Shown: positions 1 to 11,728 of the stretch, piece after piece
Numbering within the stretch: position 1 is the first letter of the stretch
Layout of the letters: every line of letters starts with the position of its first letter
DNA from: Spizellomyces punctatus DAOM BR117
Taxonomy: Eukaryota
Reading direction: 5' to 3' (one strand)
DNA length: 64,000 bases
NCBI GenBank assembly: GCA_000182565.2
Contig: KQ257457.1
Made by a program: the position numbers and the translations under genes
Notes under the pieces: generated by a model
Database searches by the model: none
Seen by the model: only the letters and a program-made list of their open reading frames with translations
Told to the model about the DNA's origin: nothing

Positions 1-112
1 GCCCCACAATCCACTGGCGGACATCGTCGAAAGGCCGTCAGAAACCAGAAATGCAGATGCGGAGGAGCTCTGTAAACACCTCGGCGACCTAAACATCCTT
101 ATCCGAGATCTG

Positions 113-1771
113 ATGATCGAAGCCCAGGATTCGCAGAAAAGATATTACGATTTATCGCGACGACATTTGGAGTTCCGGAGAGGAGATAAGGTGCTTCTGA
201 GCACGAAAAACCTAGCAGGGTATGAGTCCAAGATCGCTCCGAAATGGCTGGGACCAGTCACGGTGACCGACTGTAACCCTCTCCGCGACAACTACGAGTT
301 AAAACTGCCAGACAAGATGAGACGACTTCATCCATGGTTTCACATATCGAAATTACGTCCGTACCAGAAGCCTGTCGACGCCGAAACTGAGGAAAAGGTC
401 GCGGAAGCACAAGCGGAGGATTCCGACGCTTCAGATGGCGAGTTTGAAGTGGAAGCGATAGTAGACCATCGAACCAGGCGCGGAAAACGTCAATTTCGAA
501 TACGTTGGTCCGGATACCCACCCCATGAGGATACCTGGGAACCAGAGGAAGCCCTAACAGAGGCTTCCGAAGCCTTAGAAGAGTACTGGAGATCCAGAGC
601 TCCCACTAGCGCGCTAGTAGAGGACTCTTTGGTAGTCAGCCTTGCAGGCGACGCCCCGGAAGATACGGCTTATGCTTCCGACCACCAATGCTTCGCGGTT
701 TATCCGGACGATAGCTCACGTGATAATCACGCCCTCTCACCAGAAAGAAAACCAGTTTCGCGTGGCTTACCTCACCAGTCGAGAACGCCACACCAAGCCT
801 CCCGATCACGCTTACGCGCGTCCGAGCTGTCAAAATCAGCCGGCGACGACCTTAAAAGGACGCCCCTGCACGCTCCCCCTCTTTTTTCTTCTTCAACCGC
901 CCACGACCTACTTCCCTTACACACTCACTCTGCTTCGCAAACCCCTTCTATCGACACCGAAACTAAAACTTCCATTTCTAACACAATGAACACCGATCTC
1001 AGAGGACAAGCAGGAGTGAGCGTACCCTCCACGTACATGTCCGGCTACCCTTGGGAGGAAGACTCGGGCGACTTCGAGGCCGAGGGCGTGCTGGATCGCC
1101 TTGGGGTTGCGATCGCTACCTGGGTTCACTCCTGGGTTCATCAGCTTCGGACCAACCCCAACGCGCCGCTGCAGACTCCAGGGCATGAGTTTTGGCTGGG
1201 AGTCGACGCTCCGAAACCTTACGCGGTGGGCCAGCCCCTCACAAACCACATCGCGGACCCCTACAGCAAGGCCACCGATGGTGGTGAAGCAGCGGTCGGA
1301 ATAGTTGCTGACGCGAAAAAACCCGGAAAAAGAGGGCGCCCAGCTCCGTGCGCCGCTTGGCTCGACCGCGGGGTTCCCCAACACGAGGCGGGAAGCCGAA
1401 AAACGGCTCCGTTCACCGATTGGCCGAACGACGACGCCCACGAGTTTGCGTCCGCCGTCATTGAAGCAGCTAGGACGGTGCTCCTAAGGACGGCGAACGC
1501 AGCGGAAGCCTCTGCAAGGCTCACCAGACCCCGACATCACGAGCACGCGGAGTACCATTTCCGCGCGACAAACCTGAAAAGGGCCGCGGAGACCTTTACG
1601 GCCCTCTACGTAACCAGAACTGGCCCCGACGTGACCCCGGGTACCATCGTTCGTACCGCAACAGATCAAATCTGGTTTTGTTGCAACGTCAGTGGCCGTG
1701 CCAGTATCATCTGGGTCGTGAACCAAGATGCAGATGAAGCGGACCCCACAGATCCGGTACCGACCTGGTAA
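113..1771 (+). CDS. Retrotransposon Pol C-terminus (integrase SH3-like tail + chromodomain) with a ~390 aa in-frame extension; the reading frame begins upstream of the window
   Basis: 552 aa open frame; chromodomain at about 437-595; unrecognised sequence after it; stop about 50 nt before the PPT. Confidence 0.85.
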   Translation: MIEAQDSQKRYYDLSRRHLEFRRGDKVLLSTKNLAGYESKIAPKWLGPVTVTDCNPLRDNYELKLPDKMRRLHPWFHISKLRPYQKPVDAETEEKVAEAQAEDSDASDGEFEVEAIVDHRTRRGKRQFRIRWSGYPPHEDTWEPEEALTEASEALEEYWRSRAPTSALVEDSLVVSLAGDAPEDTAYASDHQCFAVYPDDSSRDNHALSPERKPVSRGLPHQSRTPHQASRSRLRASELSKSAGDDLKRTPLHAPPLFSSSTAHDLLPLHTHSASQTPSIDTETKTSISNTMNTDLRGQAGVSVPSTYMSGYPWEEDSGDFEAEGVLDRLGVAIATWVHSWVHQLRTNPNAPLQTPGHEFWLGVDAPKPYAVGQPLTNHIADPYSKATDGGEAAVGIVADAKKPGKRGRPAPCAAWLDRGVPQHEAGSRKTAPFTDWPNDDAHEFASAVIEAARTVLLRTANAAEASARLTRPRHHEHAEYHFRATNLKRAAETFTALYVTRTGPDVTPGTIVRTATDQIWFCCNVSGRASIIWVVNQDADEADPTDPVPTW

Positions 1772-1818
1772 TTGACGTCCCAACACCCCCGCTCGGAGCG
1801 CCGGTGCGTTGGCTCTTC

Positions 1819-1828
1819 AAAGGGGGGA
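1819..1828 (+). promoter_or_regulatory. Polypurine tract (PPT)
   Basis: AAAGGGGGGA directly abutting the TG of the LTR. Confidence 0.9.
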
Positions 1829-2428
1829 TGTAACGACGAGGACGTCTTCGAGAGATCGCGAGTAAGCCCAAATCGGACGCGGGAAGCACGAATCGCGTGA
1901 CCAACTCCACCGATTGGGTTACCGCGACCGAAAAAACCGGTTCGGAGAATGGCAATTGGCGCATTAGATTTCAGCGTGCCTCGTACAACCTGTGGAGGCC
2001 CGAGCCAGTGCGGAAAAGGAAGAGATCGGTACCGCCACCAATAAATCAGTTGCGGTGCAGCGACACCCATTAGTTTAGTTTAGTTTAACAGTTTATCCAA
2101 GAATCTTGTATAAAAAGGATGTATTCAATAAAATAAGTCGGGGGCAGAAGCCGTAGCGACAAAAAATCCCCATAACTCGCTTCTCAACTCCAATCTTAGG
2201 TTAACAGGAACCTAACAGAGCGCTTCAACGGCCTGATCACCCGTACCGAAGCCTCTAAATCCTGCTCGGTTCACAACTAACCGACTCTCCTTGCCTCTCG
2301 CCCCCAAGTCGCTACCGACGCCCAAAGAAAGGATTCGGAGACTATGATTCCTAGTACGGCCACCCACATAACCTGCTAGGAGACCCAAGTCGTCTTTACC
2401 GTAGTCTACCAACAAAAAATCCGTTACA
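1829..2428 (+). repeat. 3' LTR (600 bp)
   Basis: Starts TGTAACG and ends CGTTACA (7 bp terminal inverted repeat). Internal TATAAAAA near 2110 and AATAAA near 2127. Colinear with the copy at 61371-61976. Confidence 0.95.
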
Positions 2429-2944
2429 GGTTGGCCTCTGTCATGGACCCGGAAAAGCATGGACTATGCCAATAGCACTTTGACCCTCCAGTGGTGGAAG
2501 GACAGCGGCCTGGAATGCCGGTGGTCAGCGACGTCAATGGACATTGCAACGAGACGGAACAGGGTCGACATGTTGCAGTGGTGGAAGGACAGCGGTCTGG
2601 AATGCCGCTACTCATGGCGTGGCATGGCAGAGGCGACGAACAATTGTCCCATGCCCAGTGTGGACGCCCTCCACTGGTGGAAAGACAGTGGCTTTGAACT
2701 CAAATACGAGGACGAATACCACAAAATTTACGAAGGCCTCCAGGACGTCGCGCATCGTGGGTACGACGATTTCGACCGTCTTCGACGGTTTTTGCCGGTC
2801 TGGCGCTTTTGGAAGCAAAGTGGGTTGCCCTGGGAACACAGTCATCGGTCGTGGGATGACCCGTTTTGGTACAAGCGCTGGCCGCTCGAGCTTACCGCTG
2901 AGCTGAAGGAAAGGGTCGAGAGGGAGTTTCTGCAGGGATTATAA
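2429..2944 (+). pseudogene. 5'-truncated ankyrin-like repeat protein (WWKDSG repeats), interrupted by the Gypsy insertion
   Basis: Three to four LxWWKxSG(L/F) repeats. The frame is open right up to the LTR end (GWPLSWTRKSMDYA aligns with the repeat unit GLECRWSATSMDIA). Confidence 0.6.
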
Positions 2945-3765
2945 CGATATGGACTGGGAAGAACTGAAATTGCGTGGCGAAAACGTCCAACCTTGCGAAA
3001 GGGTAAGGTGACATGTGGAAGCAATAAATAGCATTTGATATTTAGGGAAATTCGTATTATGATTAAAGTAATTTCTCCTTTGATCTTGCCTCGCCCAGAA
3101 AATCTTCACCTGCAACAATGTTTTGCGGAAATTTCCGGTGATGAGCAATGAACTGACGTCCATAAAATTCTTTGCCATAAACGATATAGTGGAGGGCAGC
3201 TGTTGAGAAGGTAACCGCCATTTCCGCCGATACTACTATTCAGCTATCTCACGAGTGCAACAACAAAGTGTCGAAAAATTGATCATATCACGTCTGTTGG
3301 TCCTCATTGCGACAATCCCCAGGGCTCCCGTAAGGGATTCACGCCTGAGCTAAAGCTACGTGATAAAACTATTACCAGTGCGTGAATATAGATGGGAGTG
3401 TATGCAATGGAAATGCATGTCAAGCAGCACGACAATTTCATAAAAGTTGGTCCATATTGATAAAGCACCCCTATACTTGCTGTCCCTGGATCCCCTTTCC
3501 CTGGTTGCCTTTCTGGTTGGACAGGCTGGCTGATTGTAAATTAGAACCGGCTATCGTGGGTTGGAGGGAGGATTTGTCCCTAGTCTACCACCTGCACACG
3601 AGTATGGAACTTGATCACGTATGAATATCGCCCACAATCACTATCCAAGGGACATTTACTAGACAACAGCATCTATTTTACTGAACATGACCAATACAGA
3701 CGATCTTAATGAAGAGACCTACATGATGCTCAAAAAACCTAAGCAAACCTATATCCTAACCTTGG

Positions 3766-4632
3766 TTATTCTGCCTTCTTCCCCTTCACCAAGCTTCCAT
3801 TGCCTTTGTCCGCTCCTAGTAGTACCTTAACCCAGCCAATTCCCCCATACCTTTCTCTAAACGCATGATCTGTCCCATGCAGCAAATCCAACGCACCCAT
3901 AACCCCAAAACAACTCGTGAATTTCTCATGATGCATGTCATGGAACCTAGCGATCCCGCGATGAAGAGGCGAATCATACCCAGCATGGACTGTTACAGTG
4001 GTAAAGAGCGCCATAGAAAGCCAGAGCCACATAGTCACCAGGTGCGAACCCATCAAGATCGGACCGACGACCACAGGGACAATGTTGGAAAGGATATGCT
4101 CAATTGGATGGGCATACTCGGCCGACATGCCCACGGGTGCCGTGAACTGGTGGTGAAGCTTGTGAATATACTTGTAAATTGGTCGTGCGTGAAGTAGCCG
4201 ATGACTGTAGTAAAATAAAATCTCTTCCGCGATCAAGGATATCGTAAAATCCCGCATGATTTCCAGGGGCGACGGAAGTGTAGGTGAGACATGGACGCCA
4301 CGTTGTAGCATGAGCGGATATGTCAGCCATAACAGGGGCCCAGCAACAAAGAACTGGTTAAACAGCACCAAAAGAGCGCACCGACGTAGAAGCTTGGGTG
4401 GGGGATGAACTTCTGGCTGGATTTTGTAGCGATGAAGGAATGAGGGCCGGTACACGTCAACGAGGAGGTAGAGGAGGGACGGGATCCAGAAGACAAGGAA
4501 CTGGACCGAGAAAGTCCCATATAGAAATAGGCTCCTGTCCGAAAACTTGTTTGTAATAGATGTCCATGCTGGTGCCAGCAGAGATCCTCCTAGAGGAGCA
4601 TTCAGAAATGATACAGTATGGTTGCCGGGCAT
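3766..4632 (-). CDS. Fatty acid hydroxylase / sterol desaturase family protein (FAXDC2/ERG25-like)
   Basis: His boxes HRLLH, HKLHH, HxxxH (TVHAG) and HDMHH; YAHPIE motif; hydrophobic segments; single exon. Confidence 0.9.
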   Translation of the reverse strand: MPGNHTVSFLNAPLGGSLLAPAWTSITNKFSDRSLFLYGTFSVQFLVFWIPSLLYLLVDVYRPSFLHRYKIQPEVHPPPKLLRRCALLVLFNQFFVAGPLLWLTYPLMLQRGVHVSPTLPSPLEIMRDFTISLIAEEILFYYSHRLLHARPIYKYIHKLHHQFTAPVGMSAEYAHPIEHILSNIVPVVVGPILMGSHLVTMWLWLSMALFTTVTVHAGYDSPLHRGIARFHDMHHEKFTSCFGVMGALDLLHGTDHAFRERYGGIGWVKVLLGADKGNGSLVKGKKAE

Positions 4633-5427
4633 CTTTTCGCAGTCTTTAGTTGCCAATGTCGGTATGCGGAAGGGAAACGTTTTTCCTCGTCCGCTCTCCT
4701 TCTTATAAAAGAATGGCTGGACATTGGATAAAAAGTTGAGATGAGTTGGCTTACCTCACCATCACAAATGTATTCGTGAACCAGTCGTGTTGATGCACGA
4801 AACGCGACATGACCTCTATCCCCTTATGCCTACCCGCTTCCGCTTCCGCCCATTTTAGCACTATAATCTGTGCTGGTTGAACGTACAGGACAGCCGAACA
4901 GGGCTTGTCTGTGGGCGGAAGGGAAGAGCTGTGCGCGAAGGTCTATGGGCCGCTTAGCGGATCATCTTATAATGCATAGTGTGAGTAGACCCTTCTTTGC
5001 GGATGCTTACAGATCCGCTCAGCGGACGCAATCCCAATGATGGGCCAATAGCAAGTCTCAAAATCCTCGCCCGCGAACACCGTACGATGGTACATGATTA
5101 ACGTTCGCATCCGTACAAATGCAAGCTGTACAAAGTACGGCGATTAGAAACCACTCGAAACATTATTGAGGCAGTTATGATCCATGGGCTTTTTTCTTTG
5201 ACAAAAACTTTAAACATTTAAGAAACAGGTTTTATTGTGGTGTAGAACACTGCACTCTAGTCTATACTTTTCTACTACACTCTTAATTTCTATTCTATTC
5301 TATCTCTATGTGCTCTATTGTGATTCTATAAGATATTAGTACTAGATGAGCTATTATAGCGATTGCAATGGTTATCAATATGAGTCCATCAAGGACGGCA
5401 TACAGTATACATTCAATATTCCGCTAC

Positions 5428-7734
5428 TTAACCGTGGAACTCACGGATTTGTTTGAAAACATAGTGGCCATTTTCAAGGTACTTGACCTCCAAATCCAGT
5501 GCGCCCTCCTTTGTTTCTACAGGCTCAAAAGGAACGTCTTCACATGCGCCAATCCTGTTGCCACCGGCCTTTGCAGCACAGTAGGTGATTTCGAGCTTTT
5601 GGGTGATTTTGACAGTGTCGGTGAGTTGCTGGTCGGTGAGCACACGGCTGGTGCGAGCCGGTCCGCCGGGTTTTGGGACGGCTTGACGGAGGGTGTTGAA
5701 TGCAACAGGTCGGCCACGGATTGCTTGGATGGCCCATGTCATTTCAGAGAGCGTCCCTGGTTCTGGGTTGGTGACCAAACCGTTCAATTCTTGCGACCCG
5801 ATTGTGTATCCAGCCAAGTCGCGCTGAGTAGCATCTTGAATTTTGGTGACAACCACAGAGTTCGCCAACACGGGGGATTCACGCGCATATTTGGGCACGA
5901 CAGCGATACCCATAGTGATTCCTCCCTCGATGCGGGCAAAGCGACGCTCTTCGATACCTCGGACGTTGTAAAGAGACGCGTAGACTCCGCGAAGAGCACA
6001 GTCGATTCGTTTGGGGTTCATTTCATCCTCAACGGGGTCGTAGGTGCAGGGACTGGTGGTATCTTTTTCATGTATCTTGGCAGAGAAGGACGAGTAGAGA
6101 CCCGCGCCGTCAAATCCTTCAATGTCCTCTGCAGAAGCTGAAGAACGGAACTTGAGCTTGAGCTTTGGGTCCCCAATTTTTGTTGCCAGAGCGGCTGCGG
6201 CTGCGTTAACCTTGTCCAGGACAGCCTGAGGAATTTTGGCAGCGTAGAAGAGCTTTTGCAGGTCAGCGACGGCTTTGGTCAACTCTGCCTTGGCAAGCTT
6301 GTCTTGATTAACGGAAGCCTGCAGGCTCTCAATCGCCTTCTTCAGGTTGGCATTCTCTGGTAAATTCACGAGATCGTCATAACTACAAAAAAAAGAAAAT
6401 ACATGAGTCCATACGTTCATACGTAGACATGTGGTTAGTAACTAGATATTACTTACAACTTGAACGGAATACCAAAGCCCTCAGGTGAGAGATCGTAGCC
6501 GTATTGTTCGGAAAGAGTGCCTTTCTCGGTTGCTCGACCAAGAGCGGTCGGGTGGGCGAGGAAGGCCAAATTCGCAGCCTTGGATCCAAAAATGTTTTTT
6601 TTTGCCATACAAGCGGCGGCAGCAACGAAAGTGTTAGAACGGGGGCACATTGTGTCGTAAGAGACAACCTGATCAAATGTCTTGTCGTAATTCATGACGA
6701 TTGGTTGTCTCTTTGCATTGAGAGCCTCGTGGTAATCGTCCACCTCTTCCTGGGTGGCCGCCTCAATCGTAGCTTTCGACGGACCAACCGTGAATTTCAC
6801 AGGCTTGCCAACAAGAGCCAATATGGCAGGATCTGTGGACGCAGATTTAAGGTAGCAGTCTGGCGTGCCTCGTTCCCGAGATTTTAGGGAGACGTGTGAA
6901 TTGGCGTCCTGGAATTGGGTAGTAATAACTCCCGAAAGAACAGAGAGGTACAGTGGGAGCACGTCCAGGATTACAATGTCGCGGGGCGTGGTCGCATCTT
7001 CCGCGGGCCGCAGACGAAGAATGCCATAGGAGGTTCCCTGCACAATCGGAGCGTAGGTCACGTCTCCAAGGATTGCGTCAAATTGCAAGGCTGGAACCTT
7101 AATTTCATCGAGTTGTTGCTTGATCGTCGCAACTGTTTGGTGAGAGCCGGTGGCGACGAACCGAAGATCAAGTGTCGGTGCAGCGTTCCTCACAACGCGA
7201 GCGGCATGCAAGATCGTCTGCTCTTTCAAGACATCCTGTGGGTAAAACTGGAATCCCACGAACGTCTGATTCTGCAGAGTGTAGGCACGCACGACACCTG
7301 CATAAAAGCTTTTCTCTTGGGAAAAGTAAGTTTTATCGTTAAAGACGTCCAGATCGTTGAAATCGCGGTTGAAATTCTAGGGAGAGCAAAGACAGAAGGA
7401 TATTAGTTTCACCTACAGTGACCCACAGGTTGTAGAGTGTTCTTACCTTTAAGTATTTTGCGGCGAAATAATAGTGATATTGGTGCTCGTCGCCTGCACC
7501 ATTGGCATTGATAAAATAGATGACTGGGGCCTGGGCATTTCGGTTGTCAATCAGGAACTTTGTTGCTTTTCCAAAATTGGAGTTGGAACTCCCGCTGTCG
7601 ACATTCGTAGCGATGCTATCAAAGTCCTCGAGGCTGTTTAGTTTGGAGAGATAGCCCGTGGATTCTGGCAACGGAGCCGCAAGGGCGTACGTGCACAGGG
7701 CGACCAGCAGTAGAAAGGGTTGTGCCAGTCTCAT
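5428..7734 (-). CDS. Secreted PEP/pyruvate-binding (PPDK-type ATP-grasp) domain protein with phospho-His-like motif; 3 exons (7734-7447, 7376-6457, 6382-5428)
   Basis: Signal peptide MRLAQPFLLLVALCTYALA; NSHVSLKSRERGTP; FGSKAANLA; GFGIPF; RSSASAEDIEGFDGAGLYSS; DLEVK...FKQIR. The two GT-AG introns join the ORFs in frame. Confidence 0.8.
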
Positions 7735-8606
7735 GCTTATGCTGTGAGTGCTGGTATCTAGTCTATGAGATGATTTTGATGGAAGGAGACTGGGATGCTG
7801 CTCTTTATAGCCCTTTTATTCCAGATCTGTTTTTTTTTTTTTTTTTTTTTTTGGAACTTCAACGTCTTTGCGGTATCAAGGACCCTGCCCTTCGGAATTA
7901 TCTCTGCCGCATTAGAGCGACCCAAAGACTGCAGAATTGCTCACTTTCTTCATATAGCATATGGATTTTTTTTGCCGACTACAGCTTACGCAAAGTTATG
8001 AGCTCCTAACAGCGGATAATGGGGGAACCCATTGGTTAACTCGAATCACAACATGCTTTTTTAAAAGTTGGGAGAGAAACCATCGCTCTACACAACATTT
8101 TTGTCACTGCTTTGAGAAAACTGGTGGCAAACATTTTGAGGCGCCTACTCATCTGTTTTTTTGTAGGCGTTTTAGCAGCAAAATGAAGTCTACCACAAAA
8201 ATAAAGCAATGCCGGTGCTGGCGCAGCTCCGACGGGCGCATCTTCAAAGTTAAAAAAAAAACGTGAAGCAGAAAATGCATATGGAATTGCCGACTGCCCA
8301 TAAGTAATAAAGTTAGGCAAAAAATCCAAAATATGCCTGCTGGGGACTTTTGCATTTACAAATCACGTGGCTTTACTCTGTGTCATGTGACTGTGATCGG
8401 TTAATGCAGCTAGAGGTTTCTTGATGATACCTTCAGAAATCGCAAGCAATAGCCAATAACAATCTGTCGATTAGGATTCCAGACTTTATTCCATACGGTT
8501 GGGTATTTTATAATGCATTTTTCTTTTTTAAAATGATACTTTGATAAGACAGATGTTTCGCTATGGAGACTACATCCTTGTTATTGCTATGAATATATTG
8601 TGTGTA

Positions 8607-9400
8607 TTATAGTTTTTTCTCAATTTCTGCGCCAACGGAATCCACGTTGGTCCAAAAAGCGTTATCAGCTGTGCAAAAAAGGGTTAAAGATGACATAGAT
8701 CGCCTTTTGCAGGAGGCAGAACACTTACCAACAACCATATTCAAACAACCCCCATCAAATGTCACATCATGATAATATTCGACGGAGCCAAACTTCCAGA
8801 CCACTTTTTTATTTGGTGTCTTTTCCAGAATGGCCTTGCGTGTCTGGTCATCTTTTGAGGCAATGTTGTCTACCAGGGCCTTGAGATATGAGCCGTAGAT
8901 AATTTCTCCCAGCCTGCGAGTAGTCGATGAGTGTTAAACACCTCATATTTGGCGAAAAACTGGAGCGCAAAAAGTTCTAACCTGTCACCCCGGTCTCCAT
9001 CATTCTGCACCTTTTCCCAAATCTTTGCAAATTCCGGTTCAGGGAACGTAAAAGGCGCTCCCAAAGCGTTGCTCAATTTTTGCAAGAGTCGATCACGCTC
9101 GTCCTCATAGATCCGAATGTTTTTTATGGTGACCAGCGGGACGTTGGGATGCACAACATTGTCAACAGTGCGCAAGCACCCATCTGCGCAAAGACCCCAC
9201 GCAAAAGCCTTGACACCCATATACTCTAATCTAATCGTTTGAATAAGATGCGATATCTTTGGCGGATCCCACCGAAATCGGAGGCATGCACTCTATAAAT
9301 CTTTTCTTTTAAGTCCGGATCCTCTCAAACTCAGCGACGCCTCATTCAAAAAGTCAATGGAAAGATCCATACATTCCGTCTGAGCTCTAGAAATTCAGGA
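8607..9400 (-). pseudogene. Degenerate coding remnant of unknown family
   Basis: Protein-like 116 aa frame (8870-9220) flanked by further protein-like text broken by stops and frameshifts; no family recognised. Confidence 0.25.
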
Positions 9401-9649
9401 AATCGTAAACTGAATGATGATGTTTACGGGTGCGTATTTTCCTGGAAGATATCAGCACGTGATTCGGGTTGGAATGTACAAAACACAAAGAAATATGCTG
9501 ATGAACATTCAGACGAGTAGGAATTGGGTGAGTGGGCCGAGGAAATAACAAAAGCAAATGAAAGTGGCAGTCTTTATGTAAAAAAAATGCATGAGCTTGA
9601 CAAACATATACTACAAAAATGGGCTTTCCCTACAACTGAAGCAAAGATT

Positions 9650-11116
9650 TTACAAAACAGCTTTCTCTCCCTTCTCTATCCGCCTCTTCTTCTTGTCCTT
9701 CTTGTCCTGCTTTGCATAGTTTTCCCTCTTTCCCACAGGCTTCTTCACCCACTCTCCGTCAGGCCCCATAATCCACATCTCAGCTTGACGGTTGCGAAAT
9801 CTTGCATCCCCGACCATCCGCTCAAGCTTCTCGGCGATCCGTTGCACAGGATCTGTTTGGTCAACCTGTTCTTCGGGCTCTTGCTGCTGAGGTGCCATTT
9901 CTTCAAGTGCTTTATAAATGGCGTCTGTGAGTTTTTGCGAGAGTGTCCCCTTCTGAGCCTGTTCGCCATTGGCTGGTGCTTCCCAGTCCGACAAGACGGC
10001 TTCAGCCAAGTCCGTTATAGATAAACCTTCTCCCAACTGTTTTATCACTGCCTTCACATCTGGGATCAAAGGCTTCTCGTTCTCCTCCTTGGGAACCTCC
10101 TGCTTGACAGCTGGTCGACTTTTCTGTGAAATAGTCCGGACGGTCGTTGGGTGAGAAAAGCCTGAATCGAGCATGTGAGGGGTTGAAATAGGATTGCAGT
10201 GGATGATGGATTGTGTGCTGTGAGGATTGAAAAGCGGATCTGCACATAGGCGGGGAGTGTGGACGGTGAGTAGATATTTGCAAGTGGACGTTTCTTGGAT
10301 CTGGGAGATATGATCATACGGGGTTGCTGGGTTGCAAAACACCTAGCGCCAAATGAAACTCGGATTAAGCGGAATCGATTTGACGCCACTACAATGCTAC
10401 CCACCTCAATTACAACCTCCCTACGTACACCACTCAATTCGCAAATGGTGCCGCCTCTCCATCGCATCCTCAGAAAGGCCTTGTGGCGTCCTCCACTCTC
10501 ATATTTGACCACCTCTACATCGCTTGATGACGAAGAACCATCAAACAAACCGATAACATAATTGTGGTTTGCAATTTCAGTCCTTTGAGCGGGCGTCAGA
10601 GCGGATTCTTCTTGGGCTGTTACTGCGTGATATTGTCGCACCCATTTTTGTGGACAGAATTCGTATGACCAGTATCCCGTCATCTTTGGAGAGATTTGAT
10701 ACATTTGTTTGATTCCTCAAAAATGCGGTGTATAGCAAAAAGGAACCTACATAGTGCAAACATTTCCCCCCGAGTCCGTTCAGTACAGCACCCACATCTC
10801 TTGCGTCCTGAGGAATGTCTTCCTTCTCAGTGGTCCGCGGCAGAGAGCAGACATATTCCTTTCCTTGTAGAATCAACGTTTCTGCCTGTGCGTCAGTGGC
10901 ATGTTGTGTATCAGCGGGAAAGAGCTGTTCGGAATGTGCTCCAATAAGGATCTGGTACTGAGGCTCCGCAAACAAGTCATGGTAAACGTCGGCGGTTGAG
11001 AGAGCCTGTGTAGGAGGAGGTGTGAGGAGGAGGAGGAGGAGGAGAAGGATACCCAACCCACTCTTGCAGGCGCTCATGCAGGCAATCCTGCAGGCGGTCC
11101 GCAAGGATGTGCTCAT
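9650..11116 (-). CDS. YOS9: ER lectin OS-9/Yos9 (MRH/PRKCSH domain), multi-exon
   Basis: Signal peptide; GYWSYEFCP..VRQYH; GTICELSGVRREVVIE; ISQIQETSTCKYLLTVHTPRLC. Confidence 0.85.
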
Positions 11117-11728
11117 GAGGAAGTGTTAAAAGTCAGCAGCAAACAAAACACTCGAACGCTTTGTCAAAACGCCAAGTTGATCACCCAACCAAAAAAGGAT
11201 AAATGAGGTTGGCACAGTCACGTTGTCTGTGCAAGGCACGTAACTTTCGTAATGCTCATCGCCTCACCGCGTCTCCCCTCCTGATTTTGACCCCCCTGCC
11301 CTTTTGCCTGCCCGCGATTCAACTGAAAAGCAGGGTCATCGCGCCAAGATCATCTTGACTTTTTTTTTTGTTTTTCCTCGTCGTTACGCTGCTTACTGCC
11401 TTTTGGACAAGCTTCCTTTATATCGTTTCGCATCGCTTTTCTGTTGTTTCTCGCGTTTTTCGTGTCGGTTGCTCCCACCGTACTGTCAGACCTGGGAGAT
11501 ATAACAATTCTTTGAGAAACAACACTTTCGGACGCCGTCTCGGCGACGTGCAAATTCCTAAAGGACGATATTGTTTTCAGTACGTTGCTTTGGTTTTCAT
11601 TGATCGGACATTGCATTTGGATGTAATCGTTGATGTCGCCTACTTTTGTCTTGGTGTAGTTTGACCGTGTTTTCCAGTCCTGCAAAGTACCGACTGTTTT
11701 GCCCTCTTCACTGATCAGCCCAAGAGTC

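Larger units (their letters stand above)
1..2428 (+). mobile_element. Ty3/Gypsy chromovirus LTR retrotransposon, 3' part (integrase C-terminus, chromodomain, PPT, 3' LTR)
   Basis: Integrase tail motifs (QKRYYD..R, GDKVLL, KIAPKWLGP, HPWFHISKLRPY), then a chromodomain (FEVEAIVDHR...FRIRWSGYPPHEDTWEPEEAL), a polypurine tract and a TG...CA LTR. Confidence 0.95.

Noticed and set aside
2108-2130. LTR as the target of the predicted omegaRNA guide (AAGGATGTATTCAA vs TAAGATATATTCAA)
   Set aside because: Only 11/14 in AT-rich sequence, mismatches are TAM-proximal, and there is no adjacent CATA.
5368-6141. 257 aa plus-strand ORF and similar antisense ORFs elsewhere
   Set aside because: Shadows of well-supported genes on the opposite strand.
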